This document shows positions 1 through 13,080 of a stretch of DNA of 64,000 bases, piece by piece. The number at the start of each line of letters is the position of its first letter. Position 1 is the stretch's first letter. Source of the DNA: Anthoceros angustus (lineage: Eukaryota; Plantae; Anthocerotophyta); assembly GCA_010909165.1 (NCBI GenBank), contig MU008191.1:310001-374000 (forward strand), in the 5' to 3' direction. The position numbers and the translations under genes are program-made. Under the pieces are notes generated by a model. That model ran no database searches. It saw only the letters and a list, made by a program, of their open reading frames with translations, and was not told where the DNA came from.

Positions 1-3000
1 GACTTAGTTTACCAGAAAAGCGTGGGCTGCTTTATGTGCGTGGGTGTGAAATAATTGAAATGCATGATGAAGCTGGGCACCTTATGAATGACTTCACTGG
101 GAGAGTGAAAAGGGAGGAATGGAAGCCTCCAAAGGGGGAGGTGCGGACTGCTATTGTAGCTCTTGATACCGCCCAGTATCAGATGGATGTTGATGCAATG
201 ACAGACAAACATTCTGAGGATGTGTACAAGACATTCAATGTGCTGATGAGAAGAAAACCCAAGGAGAACAACTTCAAGGCAATATTGGAATCAATCCGTG
301 ACTTGATGAATGAGGACTGCATTGTCCCGGACTGGCTTTTAAATATATTCCTGGGCTATGGCGATCCAGGTGCTGCTCAATGGCGCAACATGCCAGATCA
401 GCTTGATGTTGTTGACTTCAAAGATACCTTCCTTGATGCTCAGCACTTGCGGGATAGTTTTCCCTCATGGGAGGTGAGTTATCTTCTGTGGCTAGCAATC
501 CACATGAGCTAATGGGTGCACGTGTCTGTGAGTTGGACTTTACTTAGAGAGTGCACCGGCCTTCATTGGTGGGTTACTTTGTCTGGTTCTTACTCGTGGC
601 GATGCTATTCTTGTTATTGGTTAACAGGTGCAGTTCATTAACCCTGATGGAGAAGAGGAAAGTACTCCCAAACCACCATTTCGTGTGACACTGCCCAAGG
701 GTAACCAGGTTTTGGGGTCAAAGATGAAGGGAGCAGGGAAAAGGAAACTGGTCAGCAGTGGTGAGGCGGGCATAACAGAGAAGGACATTGTAGTCGTAGA
801 ATCTTATGTGCCTCCAGATCCAGGACCGTACCCTCAAGACCAGCCCAGGAAAAATGCGGTGCTATTTACACCTGTTCAGGTATGAGTTGACTCTGTGCTG
901 TATTATTATTGATTTTGTAATGGACAGATTCAACTATGATGTTAGTCCGTGTTGCTGTTGGACTTACTGATGGAATATCTCTTATTTGTTTCGCCAGGTT
1001 GATGCTATATTATCAGGAGTACAACCAGGTTTGACCATGGTGGTTGGCCCTCCTGGCACGGGGAAGACAGACACTGCTGTACAGATACTGAATGTTCTTT
1101 ACCACAACTGTCCTTTGCAACGGACTTTGCTGATCACTCATTCTAACCAAGCTTTAAACGACCTGTTCGAGAAAATTATGCAGGTAATTTCGCTGTAGAG
1201 TGCTCATCATCATCTAGAGTGATATTTGCGAATTATTGTATGCACTAGTCGTATGTATGTATCGTTCTGCCTTCCTACTGAAGTAGTTGGGTCTTGGATC
1301 AGAGGGACGTTCCTGCACGGTATTTGTTACGACTCGGGCAAGGAGAGCAGGAGCTTGAGACAGAGTTAGATTTTAGTCGTCAGGGAAGGGTAAATGCAAT
1401 GCTTGCTCGGCGGCTCGAGCTTCTAGGTGAGGTTGAGCGACTTGCAAAGACACTCCAAGTGCCTGAAGATGCTGCGTACACTTGTGAGACGGCTGCACAC
1501 TTTTGGTTATTGCATGTACTTTCAAGATGGGAGGCTTTTCTGGCTGCCTGTGAAGCTGGTGCACAGAGCCCAGACATGGTGATGGAGCAATTTCCATTCA
1601 AAGATTATTTTTCGAACGCTCCGAGACAGCTGTTCACAGGGTCATCTTATGCTCTGGACATGCGTTCAGCAGAGGGATGTTTTAAACATCTTCAGACCAT
1701 GTTCCAAGAGCTTGAAGAGTGTAGGGCATTCGAGCTGCTTAAGTCTACAGCAGACCGTGCGAACTACTTGATGGCAAAACAGGCCAAGATCGTGGCTATG
1801 ACTTGTACTCATGCAGCTCTAAAACGACGAGATTTTTTGAAACTGGGCTTCAAATATGACAATTTGCTGATGGAAGAAAGTGCACAAATACTGGAGATTG
1901 AAACTTTCATCCCATTACTTCTGCAGAGACAGCAAGATGGTGCATCTAGGTTGAAAAGATTCATCATGATTGGTGATCACCATCAACTGCCACCCGTGGT
2001 CAAGAACATGGCATTTCAGAAGTACAGTCATATGGATCAAAGTCTGTTCACGAGGTTTGTGCGACTTGGTGTGCCGTATGTTGAGCTTAATGCACAGGGT
2101 AGAGCAAGACCCGGTATTTCCAAGCTTTACAATTGGCGGTACCGGAATCTAGGGGACCTGCCTTACTTGAAGGAGGAAAGGGCCTTCAATCTGGCAAATT
2201 CTGGGTTTGCATATGACTATCAGCTCATAGATGTTCCTGATTTTGAAGGGCATGGGGAGTCTGAACCCAGTCCTTGGTTTTATCAGAATTTAGGGGAGGC
2301 AGAGTATGTCGTGAGTGTCTTCCAGTATATGCGGCTCTTGGGGTATCCGGCAAACAAGATATCCATTCTCACTACATACAACGGCCAAAAGAGTTTGATC
2401 AGGGATGTGATTGAGAGAAGGTGTGCCAGACATCCATTGTTTGGCAAACCGAGCAAGGTAAGGAAATAGCTTGTGTGCAATTCGAGTGCTGTTCCTCTGA
2501 GTCAGTCTCACTGAACTGTTGGAGTTTGCAGATCACAACTGTGGACAGGTTTCAAGGACAGCAAAACGATTATATTTTGCTGTCGTTGGTTCGTACTCGG
2601 GTGGTTGGTCATCTCAGAGATGTACGAAGACTTGTGGTGGCTATGTCCCGTGCCCGCTTGGGGTTGTATGTTTTCTGTAGACGCTCGTTATTTGAACAAT
2701 GTTATGAGCTCCAGCCAACGTTTCAGCTGCTGCTCGAGCGCCCTGACAGACTAGCACTTGTGCTGGAAGAGAATTCTAGTCCAACCTCGAGGGTTGTCAC
2801 GGACACGGGTATGCCATACTTTGTCAGTGGCTTACAAGAGATGGCAGCGGTTGTGTCTAACAAGTTCAACTATCAGGTTGGTTTGTCATCCAGAAACTTC
2901 CATCCTGTTCAGACGTTGGTCGTCGTGTTATGACATGGGATCTGAGCTCGATGTGTATCGCAGGCGGAGATGGCTCGGTACCGGGCTGCTCAAGCTAGCA

Positions 3001-3302
3001 ATTACTTCATAGATGAAGGTGCTGCCGATGCTGGCGGTGAGCCAAAGGCAAATGGCAGTCATGAAGGTGATCTCGCCCCTGGTGTAGATTCAAGCAGCGT
3101 TCGGGATGCAGAGAAAGAGCAGGCCAGCATAGAGACAAGGTCTCTGGCGGCTATGGATGTCGATGCTGCTGATCTTAGTGGAGACACAGAGATGACTGCT
3201 GGGCCGGAGGCAGATGTAACGCAGTCTGCGGATGTAGTTCCAGGATCTGAGGTAGTGGATGGCGGCAGTGCGAGTCTGGGTGATGCAAAACTGGACTCTT
3301 GA
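1..3302 (+). CDS. AQR: Intron-binding RNA helicase Aquarius (SF1 spliceosomal helicase), 3' part; the gene begins before the window
   Basis: Exons ~1-473, 628-879, 998-1183, 1303-2457, 2532-2876 and 2964-3302 with GT-AG borders. Walker [38 protein letters not shown] and VAMSRAR are Upf1-like SF1/Aquarius motifs. Confidence 0.95.
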
Positions 3303-4143
3303 CCCTCCCACCTAGATGAGAGTGGCCCACGTCCAGAAAAGTCTTGACGGAGGCGCTAGGCGAGTTAAGGGTTGATAACAATGAATGGCCCCGGATTCTT
3401 CGTCATGGAGGCCGACATCTGACGCAGTGCAGATCGTGAGAGGTCTTGAATTGTATTGGAATTGGAGGCCGGGTGTGCTTTCTGCGCATTCCGTCGGAAT
3501 CCGCCTTGTTCAGCTTCCAAGGGACCATGATTTCGAGCAGAGGCTCTCTTTTAATATGCGCTCGGTCGTGAAGGCGATCTTGCGGCACGAATCTGGTGTC
3601 ATCTCCGTCCTTCTTGTTTTCCAGGCTCGTCTGCATCCGAGAGGTCGGTGGTGATAAGTTTGAACTGAGCGCTCTGCTCTTTCTTTGTCCATTCGGTAGG
3701 ATAAAACGTCATTTCTTCACCTGTCACCTAACCCTGGTTCACCTTTCACACGCAGTTCTGGTAGCCTTATCCATTTGCGGAGGTGGCGGTGGCTCCGGGA
3801 GGCAGCCTCACAACGGCTGCAGATTCCTCTCTCGCGGACTACTTTGCTTTTCTTCCCGTGCAGTCCCTCCTCCGCCATCTTTGCTGAATTTGCACGACTG
3901 CCACTGTGCTGTGTACCGTGCTCTGTTGTATAACTTGTCCCCGGAAGTCATCAACCAGTGTTTGTCCTCCTTGGCGTCTTCTGTCATATCAGTAAAGCGG
4001 TGGTTGCAGATCCTGCATGCTATTGAACGGTATCCTTGCGTAGACTACGGTCCACCTGTGTGCTCGACCGGGAGTGGAGCCGGTCGAGCTTCCCTGCATA
4101 AATCAATTTTTGCTCTGAGAGGACGTCGAACACTGCTTCCAAG

Positions 4144-5638
4144 ATGATGCTCGCCATGTTTGTACTGGGGGTGATTGGTGCGATCTGCGAACCCTACATT
4201 GTCAATGTGTACTCCTGCCCTCGCCAATTGGACAAAATCCCCTTCAAATGACTCCCTAGAATCCGCGAATTTTGTTGAAACAGGGTGGGAACTCGCAGGC
4301 CTTGATGTTTTTCTCTAATTTGTTGCAGGAAACATCACTTCCATGTTCTTGTTTCTCTCACCGACGTGCGTATCTATACCAACAACCAATCCAGCCCCTT
4401 CAGAACTTGTATTTCCTGCACATAAGTTTGTAACTAATAGGTGGTCTGCAGGGATGGAATAGCGTGTCTGGAAGAAATTAATAGCCTGCTTTAAATTTGT
4501 GTCACAATTGAATGTGAGCTTGAAGCTTCTACGCAAACCGATAAAACAAGCAAATGACATTTCAATATTTCAGGCCGACTTTCTTGAGAGTCTTGAAAAC
4601 AAGGAGCACCGGAGAATACTCGGCTGTACCATATGTTTGCACTCTGCTGAATTGCCTGCTATGGTTGCTGTACGGGGCGGTGAAATCTCTCACTTTGGTT
4701 CTTACCATCAACGGAGCTGGCCTTGTACTGGAGGCGATGTACCTGATCATCTTCTTGGCTCTTGCTCCCAAGAAGGGCAAGGTAAACTCCTCATGGCGTT
4801 CAAATTCCCGCCGATCTTTTCCCATCACAACAGTGAATAATCACTGCCGTGCTCTCATAAACGCGATTATTAGTGAGCCTTACGCATCTACCCGGTTTCA
4901 TTGTATGCAGCTTCATGTCTTCTACATGCTCCTGGCCGTGTCTGTATTCTACGCGATTCTGGTTTTGGTGGTGGTGTTTGCGTTGCCCAATGACTCACAA
5001 GGTGTAGTTGTAGGATCCATTTGCGTAATTATTGGGACCTTGATGTATGCTTCTCCTCTCGCAGCCATGGTAAGCTGCTATCTCAACTTCAATGATCAAT
5101 ACAATGCTGAGCACAGCACTCCACAACTGTTACAAACAGCTAACGCATGTTCTTGTTTCCACCAGAATCTGGTGGTGAAGACAAGGAGCGTGCAGTACAT
5201 GCCTTTTCTCTTGTCCTTGGCTTCCTTCCTTAACGGTTGCCTGTGGACAGCGTATGGATGCTTTGCAGCAGATGTGTTTATCATCGTAAGATGCTCCCTC
5301 GCCTGCCCTCGCAAATGCAGCGTAGCGAGAAACACCGCGTGTCCATACTGACATTTGTTTCATGCGAGTTGCAGCTTCCCAACGGCCTGGGAACCGTGTT
5401 AGGTGGAGTTCAGCTCGCGCTATACGCATACTACAAAAAGTATGGAGTCAAGGGCGGCATGGGAGAGGAGGAGACCGTCTCTCACGACCCGGAGCTTTGT
5501 GTTATCGAGTTCGATGAAAAGAAGATCATCATCAGCCCGATCAGTGCCGACCCAGAGAGGGCTCCTTCCCCTTCTCCTCCTCCTCCGGAAGCAACGGAAG
5601 CAACGGAAGCATCGGAAGCACCGGAACCGGAGAGCTGA
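4144..5638 (+). CDS. SWEET: SWEET (MtN3/saliva) sugar transporter
   Basis: Typical 6-exon SWEET structure: 4144-4177 (MMLAMFVLGVIG), 4329-4365 (NITSMFLFLSPT), 4574-4781, 4911-5069, 5166-5285, 5375-5638. Motifs PTF..YS.VPY, MYASPL, TRSVQYMPF, PNGLG. The C-terminal tail has a 9-bp EAT/EAS/EAP repeat. Confidence 0.95.
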
Positions 5639-5702
5639 GCCTGAGGTGCTTCGCATTTAAAAGCGATTTCTGTGAGGAACGTTTCGTTTCTTGGTTGCCA
5701 CC

Positions 5703-5737
5703 GGCATTCGGCATTCGCCATTCGCCATTCGCCAATC
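5703..5737. repeat. 7-bp tandem repeat (G[G/C]CATTC x5) in the SWEET 3' region
   Basis: ggcattc ggcattc gccattc gccattc gccaatc. Confidence 0.8.
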
Positions 5738-5992
5738 GGAGCCGCTTTGAAGTGTTTTGCAAAGAAGGGACCTGAATCTGCATCAAGACTTCTGCGACGC
5801 CCTCCTAGCTCTCATGCACGGGGATTTGAAGGCTCTGTGTCTTGTAATGCTCAACAAAATTCTGCCGTTAGCCACTTGCGCAATTCGATACTTTACACTT
5901 GTCAATAATTGATACAGCTCCCAAACGGGAATCCACATCACTAGACGTGACAATAATTCAAGGAAAAGAATGACGAGGACCTTATTCGGCCT

Positions 5993-8362
5993 CTACTGCA
6001 CGGAAAATTTTTGAAAACCTCCCACTCCGCCGCCCCTGGGCTTCTTGGACCTGGACCAGCTGCTCTCGTTTTGGATGACTTCCACATTCAGGGCCCCTTC
6101 TATCAGTCGTTCTGCTGTGGGCGCCATCTCTTGGACGTACTCAATTGACTCTGATAATCTTGACAGCAGGTTGAACAAGGCAATAACCTCATTCCGCTGG
6201 AGATGCAGCTGCCAAGCACATTGGAAGAGTGAGAACCTGCAAACAAAGGAAGGTGGATAGCAGATCTCAGATTACAAATAGGCTCACCTCGGTGCTTCGA
6301 GTATGAATCTCATTGTCCGCTGCAAACAAGATCTTCAGAGCCGTACCCAAACCTAGCACCTGTAGCTTACCCCACAGTCTACATTTCTCACAACCTACAC
6401 AGTCCATCAAGGCACTGCACAACTGCCAAGTCAGATCAGCCGTGCATCACGAAAACAACACTGCAAATATGATGTCCAGAGATGGGAGGTATGAACCACA
6501 CCTTATATTTCGGAAATGCTGCTGAATCTGCCCTTTCAGTTCAGCCCCATCTGCACCTTTCCACATCTGGGCTTCATTGAACGGAAGCGGACATGCCGAC
6601 CTCAGCTCCTCACTTTCGAGGAACTCCACAACCATCTGGTGTGTGGTTGCATCCTCTACCGGATCCCCAGTGCTGTACTCAGCTTGCGAGAGAAAGTCAC
6701 CAGCCTGTCAGAAAGAGAACAAGAGGGTGAGACATTATGTAGACATACGTTGTAACAAGTGAGTTGAACGAACATTCCTCCGTCAGAAGACACAGTACCA
6801 AAAGATCCAGAGACATTTGTGAATCAGAACCACTTCTCACCTTCATGATAGCTCTTAGGACAAAAAGGTAAGTGAAATACAAATTCTTGATCCGCCAGGG
6901 ATACTGCAGTACTCGCTCATAGAATAAGACTGGGTTGGGTCCCCACTGGACAAAAAAATATTAACATGAGCAATTGAGAAGAATGGCAGTGTATCTACGC
7001 ATACATCATTAAGCGGCTTTGCAAATCATTCACCTACTTTGTTTGTTGCCTCATCAAGAAGGTAGTCGGCAGCGATGTGTGTGGAAATCGATGTGTGAAG
7101 TCCTGAAATAAGGCGGAAAAACACTCGCCTTTCGGCGCAAGTATCTTCTGACTCATCTGATCAAGCAAAATGCAATCAATCATGAGCCTACTGACATTGT
7201 TGCTTTTCTTCTGAATTTCTTCTGAACATGTGACAAGCTTACTCACCGTAGAAGCAGTTCTCCTCGTATATAGCATTCCATATTCTGCGTGCAGAGGGTC
7301 CTGTGTAGCCCGTGTATCTTTCAGGATTACGAAGTAGATTCACGTAAGTCATTTCCCCTGCATCAGTCACACAGGTTGGGCAGTTAGCAAATCAATCCGA
7401 ACATCAAGCAACAGCGACAGCATACAACCCAGAAAGAATATTCACCTAAAACCATGATGTACTAACAGTGAACGGTTCACGAGATTACCATTGTCAGTTT
7501 CATCGTCGTAAGTCCACGGATTGTCCACTTCCATCCACCGCTTGAATGCAACATTGTCAAGAGTCCGATCGACAGTACCCTGTGGTTTGCCTTCTTGACA
7601 CACAGTATCCTCTGCTGAAAGGTGCCCCTTATTCCCCTTGAAAGCTTCAGGAAACTCATTGTCTGGACATTCACAGACACTGCAGTCCCTCAGACGGCAC
7701 ATGCCATCATCTGGCCAGAAAAGACAATCACACCATAGTCGTACCTGATTCATAGCGAGACACGGTTACCTAGCCTGTCTGAAACAAAAAACATCCACCA
7801 TGACAAAAGAAGGCAGATCTTACCTTAAAGTATCGGAAAAAAGGTTTTGTGACTAGTTCACGTAGGATTGGGCGAATCACATCATGATTCAGCTTAGTGA
7901 CAGTCTGATAGTCGCAACAGCAGTCCTCGACAACTCCGGTCAGATTCTGAAGTTGCTGCAAACAGACAAGCTGAAAACAATCAAACTACAAATTCCCACA
8001 AGCAATACACAATGATGAGCCTGAAGCCTACAAGCTGGATCCAAACCCTAGCTACCTTCCTTTGACTGGAATTTCTGAATAGCCGGCTGACACAAGCAAG
8101 GTTAACTGGATGTCGATGTACTGTAAGAAATTCTGGCCAAGGTAAGCTGGCGCTACACCGAGGAAACTGAAACTCGATTCAGTACCTTACAGCTGCAAGG
8201 CGGATCAGAAGCGGTTGAAGCCTTAAGAATAGGATTATAAAGCGGATGACGTGCGCCAGCCCATGCTATCGCGAGCACTGCTACCAAGGTGCTGATTACA
8301 ATAAAGGGCCGCACTCTGCAGGACGTCCTCCATTTGCTCACGGCCACATTCTCCCTCGCCAT
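5993..8362 (-). CDS. ERO1: Endoplasmic reticulum oxidoreductin-1
   Basis: Multi-exon. Motifs [14 protein letters not shown], [20 protein letters not shown], [34 protein letters not shown] (CxxCxxC) and [12 protein letters not shown]-terminal membrane anchor present. Confidence 0.95.
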
Positions 8363-9070
8363 TTCTCGTCTCCACCAACAATTAGAGTACCAGCATAGGT
8401 AGTCCAATTCGGGCTCCAAGATCTCAAGAACAGGTTATCGAGAACCGAAACCGATCCAAACAAGCACGACACTACTTCGGCATCCAAAGCCACACCTCCA
8501 GCTGGCCGCAGGGAGCAGAAGGAGAGCCAAACAGCAAGCGCCGTGCCATCCCCAGCTCGCCAGAACACTTCCAACCAGCTGTGGTCACCAATCGGCCCGG
8601 CTCAGCTCCCGCAACGGCCCACGGCCGAGTCTTCCACCGGCGAGCCTCACGCATCGCGGAAACACACGTGATTCGCAATTGGCAGAGGAACGAGTCCACA
8701 GGCGACGCGTCGAGGAAGGCGCAAGCTCGAAGCACCGGAGGAAGCAAGGACTGAGCCCATTGTGGCTGGCTTGGGCGTCACGACCGCGAAGCCGCGTCGC
8801 CTTGGCCCCGGAAGCGTCCAGAGACCCGAGGTTAGCCCGCAATTAGGTGCCACCCGATGAGATTAAATCGGTAGACCAAGCTGCCTCGTCGACAGGGCAG
8901 CCCACGTGGCGCCCGTGACCAGGTCACCTCTTATTAATTTTATTGTTAATGAACACGGAAATCTAAAATTACAAACCTACCAATACTGGTCAAACTTATA
9001 CCAAGACATACTTGTAAAACTCTAGCTATTCTTTCAATCACCATCATACCATAATTTGTAAAACACAAAG

Positions 9071-12000
9071 CTATTCTTTCATCACCTTTTGTAAGTGTTC
9101 AGTTCTCCAAAATACAAGTTGCCTTTTTGGATCAATGCCCTCCAGAGTAAGAGGTTTTGCAAGATACCCATAGAGAATGAGCTTAGCTTGATTTTTCTCA
9201 TCGATTCTTACAAGATCGATGGTCTCCTTCAATCCAGTTTCAGTTTTTGGAAGACTTTTCCAAACCGGACGAACTCTAATCCAATCAACGAAACCACGAC
9301 CATGGGAAGAGAATTGCTTGTGAAGATTATTGGCATCTTGCCAACCCTCCTGAGTAGGTGGAAATCTCAACAATACCTTGCCTCTATGCCCATGTTTGCC
9401 CATAATTGGAATGAATGATCCATTGCCTTTGTATCCAAGATCTAAAAAAACATACAACACAAAAATATAAGAATGAATAGATGTTTATTAGAGTTAAAAG
9501 CTTTGTTATGTGGAACCTAAGTGCATTTGTATGTGTATTCCAAGAGAACCAACCTTGAAGCATTAGACTTAGCTCAAAGTCGTTCAAGCCTACCCAACGT
9601 TTCTTCACATGACGAATCCGAGCATTTTCAATTATCACCATAGGAGGCCATACTATCTTCCTATGGTGATTTTTTCTAATGCCAGTCTTTGTTATCAATG
9701 CTGCACATTATATGAAACCACACAATAAATAGAAAATACAAAGCTTCATAAAAATAAAATAAATAATATATTTTATACAATAATACTTTTGGAAACAGCC
9801 TCATACTTACCAGCCATATCAATAGATTTTCCTACGTGGTCTAATCCCAGAACATCACATATTGCTCTTGCATATCCACGATGCTCTGGAAGTTTAGGTG
9901 CTTTAATTGCATGTCCATGTGCTACTAGAGATGGTACATCATGAAAGCTCTCTTTCCTGAAGTAGGCAAGGAATATATTCTCACTCAATAAATCTCATAC
10001 AATAGGAAAGGTCTCGTTTCTCAAAAAAGCAAAGAATATGTACTTACTTAATATATCCCATTAAATATATTATACCTGTTTAAGCTTTCACAAACATGAC
10101 AAAATAAATTTGTGCTGGTTTCCAAATCTATTTTCACAGAGTCATTATTGGTCAAAAAATTTGTAAACTCGACAACAGCCTTTTCTTCTCGTTCAAACAT
10201 TTCTTCATCATAGTCATTGGCTTCCTCTATGACCAAGGTTGTTTGAGGTGATTTTGGCCTATTTTGTTCCACTGAAGATCTATCTTGGACATTAATTGAT
10301 TTTACAGGTGATTCGACTTGCTCTATTGATGATCCATAGAGAAAGTTGGGTTTCCATATCAAGTGGGCATGTTTCTTCTTCGAATTCTTGTTGTAATCTG
10401 TATTATTCTGGTCACTTCTTTTACTGCTTGTAAATGCTTTTCCTTGAGAAACAGGTTCAGTAGTATTACTAACAGTTGTCGCATCACTACACTGTGTGTC
10501 ATGTTGATCCACTTCTTGCAATATGCCACAATTTTGCTCTATTCGTTCAAATTCCAATGAAGTATGCGAAAGTTCATCAGATATGCCATTATTACAGGAA
10601 ACTTTGGGTCTTTTTTTATCTTTATAATTGTTTTCCCTCTTATCACTTGATGCATTCTTTGTATCGCCATTGCTAGAACAAACAACTCCATGTTCATTTG
10701 AAAGAAGTTTGAGATTACTGTTAGCCTCATCCCATGTCTCCCTTAACCTCTTCTTTTTATGTGCTTGTTGCTCATGATTAAGTGCATCTACAAGGTAGTC
10801 AAAATCTTCAACCAAAATAGTTCCATCAATTTTTTCTGTCATGCTTGACATGTTGGTGATGATCTTCTCCGCGTCCTGGTTTGTGCTTGTCAAAAACATA
10901 TTTTTCTTCCCATATTTTTTATCATAATTTTCTTTACATTTCTTTTGACCACATCTTAACCAATTGGTACACACATCATGAGGACCATGTCGGTATTGTT
11001 CGTCAATAATATGCTTTTGCCCATTCTTCACACTCACATGTTGTAAGGGAGAATAATCTGGGGCTTCTATACTTGGACTTGGAATCTCAACAGAAAGTCT
11101 TTTATACTTGTTTTTTTGTTCTAAAATATGATTAAATGAAGGAAAATTTTGGGGAATTTCATTTTGTTGCAATCCAAAATTTTGGTTTGCATCATGTGAA
11201 CTAGATGGTTGGACATGACAATCTCCTATATTTTTAAAATATGTATTTTGAACAAAAGATTTGTTTTCACAATTTCGAAAATCATTCATGGGCCACAAAC
11301 CTGGTTTAGGCAAAAGTTCTCTTGGAGCTTTCAAAGTATTTGCTTCACTAAAGAACCAATTGTTTTCTTGACCAACTACCAAATTACTTAAATTTGTGTT
11401 AGACTCACCATTAGCTAATGACTTCCAAGTACCAAATGTATTGGCTGGGTTGCTACAAAACGCTCCCTGGTAGCCTTTGTTAACTGCATCAACTTCAACA
11501 GAGTACATGGGGAGGTTATACTTTCTTTCCTCAAAATCTTTATTAGGATTCGAGCAAAAGTGAGGATTAATATCACTAGATTGAAAAACATTGTCAATGG
11601 ACTTAGCTCTTAAGTTTTGAGGAACAAGTATATCAGACAAACTTGGAGTATTGAATTTTAGCCCGTCCACTTGGATCATTGAAGGGTAAGCAAATTCATC
11701 ATATGTTGGTAGTTTTAGTGGTCTCTTACTTGACAAATCCTTGTTGGCATCTAGAAAACTGTCTTGAGGGAATCTATCCAAAACAACCACACCCGAAGTA
11801 ACTTGGTTGCCACATTTATAAGGAAGTATATTCTTTGGAAAGATTGGACAAAAATTCTGATCTATACTTTTTGACCCAATATTGAGATCACTCTTCAGCA
11901 ATTCAGAGTACGCACCCGCATTTGAAAATGAAGTTGAGCTATATCTAGTATCTAAAGCACTTATAGGTGTGGACTTGGGATGGATACAAGATGTTATGTT

Positions 12001-12411
12001 TGTATCTAACCCACTGGAGACGTAATCTAATCCATCTAATCTAGAAGTTAAGGTAGTCATGGGGTTCTGACTTACAACATTTTGAGGCATAGAAAAAAAT
12101 CTGTGGCCTGAAAGAGTATCATAGTTTTCCTTTCTCGTTTCATTGAGATTAGAAAAAGTGGGATTGATGGCAGCACTTTGAGTGAGAGGATTCCCCAGAA
12201 GTAAAGAAGACACGTTTTGTGTGATTGTCTGTCCCATCATGCTTCCATCATTCATGCTATAAACTCCACCATATGATGTGCCATTTGCAATTGGAACTTT
12301 TTTTTCCAAAAGAGTTGCCACTTCATTCACTCTAAAACCAATCTCCATGTGACCATTCACTTCAACAGCAAATGGAGAAAGCCCATAGGAAGAATATTGT
12401 GAGTCCATCAT
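9071..12411 (-). CDS. XS-domain protein (SGS3/At3g22430-like) with a long low-complexity N-terminus and a C2HC-type zinc motif
   Basis: Exons 12411-10076, 9956-9811, 9700-9554, 9441-9071. FCHVC..FHDVPSLVAH..H..HRGYARAICDVLG is followed by WPPMVIIEN, GHRG..L.F..T.EGW.DA..L...F and LYGYLA (XS signature). The start codon is uncertain. Confidence 0.75.
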
Positions 12412-13080
12412 ATCACCACCACATTCCACTTCAATCCTCTCGAAATCGTGCAACCAGCCTCCTTTGAACAAGACTATACTGAGTGGCTCCCTATATATAA
12501 TCCATCATATCTAGTTGCACCATCTTTGTAGAGATGAGACTCTCAGCTCAAGCCAAGTATTTTTTTATTTCTAGTGACAAAGCCCAAGCAAAGATACATG
12601 TGTGTATATTAGTGAAGTGGATTTTCAGAAGGGGTTTTTTTATTGATCTGGTTTTTTATTACTTTTAGGTAAATAAATTAATACTGATTAATTTTGGCTG
12701 AACTCAGTTTCTTCAACAACTCGATCTATCGCCATCGATACCAATGACCCCTTTTTGTTGTTTTTATCGACACTCTTCCCAACACGCGTTCAACCGAGCT
12801 CCGATTCCAGCGCTCACAACCTTCGGAAAACGTAAGTTCCAGCAGCTCACAACTTTCGGAGAACTTGAGTTCCAGCAAATCTTGGGAGGAGAAATGCCTA
12901 GAGGCTCCACTGGCACACCTGATAAGAGTGCACTTGCGTTTGGAGGTAGGCACGTGAGGGAGCCATCTTGTGAGACGAGCTTCTAGGTTATCTCAATTTT
13001 AATTAGCTTGATCGGGAACGCTGCAGCTCATGGTGATTCTGGCAGAGCTGAACGTGAGAGAACTCGAATCAGCTGGAGGA

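Noticed and set aside
8400-8930. CCACGTGG box upstream of ERO1 as a possible UPR element
   Set aside because: It is a generic G-box with no full ERSE/UPRE context visible, so it is too weak to call.
12805-12880. Imperfect ~33-bp direct repeat downstream of GH3 copy 1
   Set aside because: There are only about two degenerate units and no other element features.
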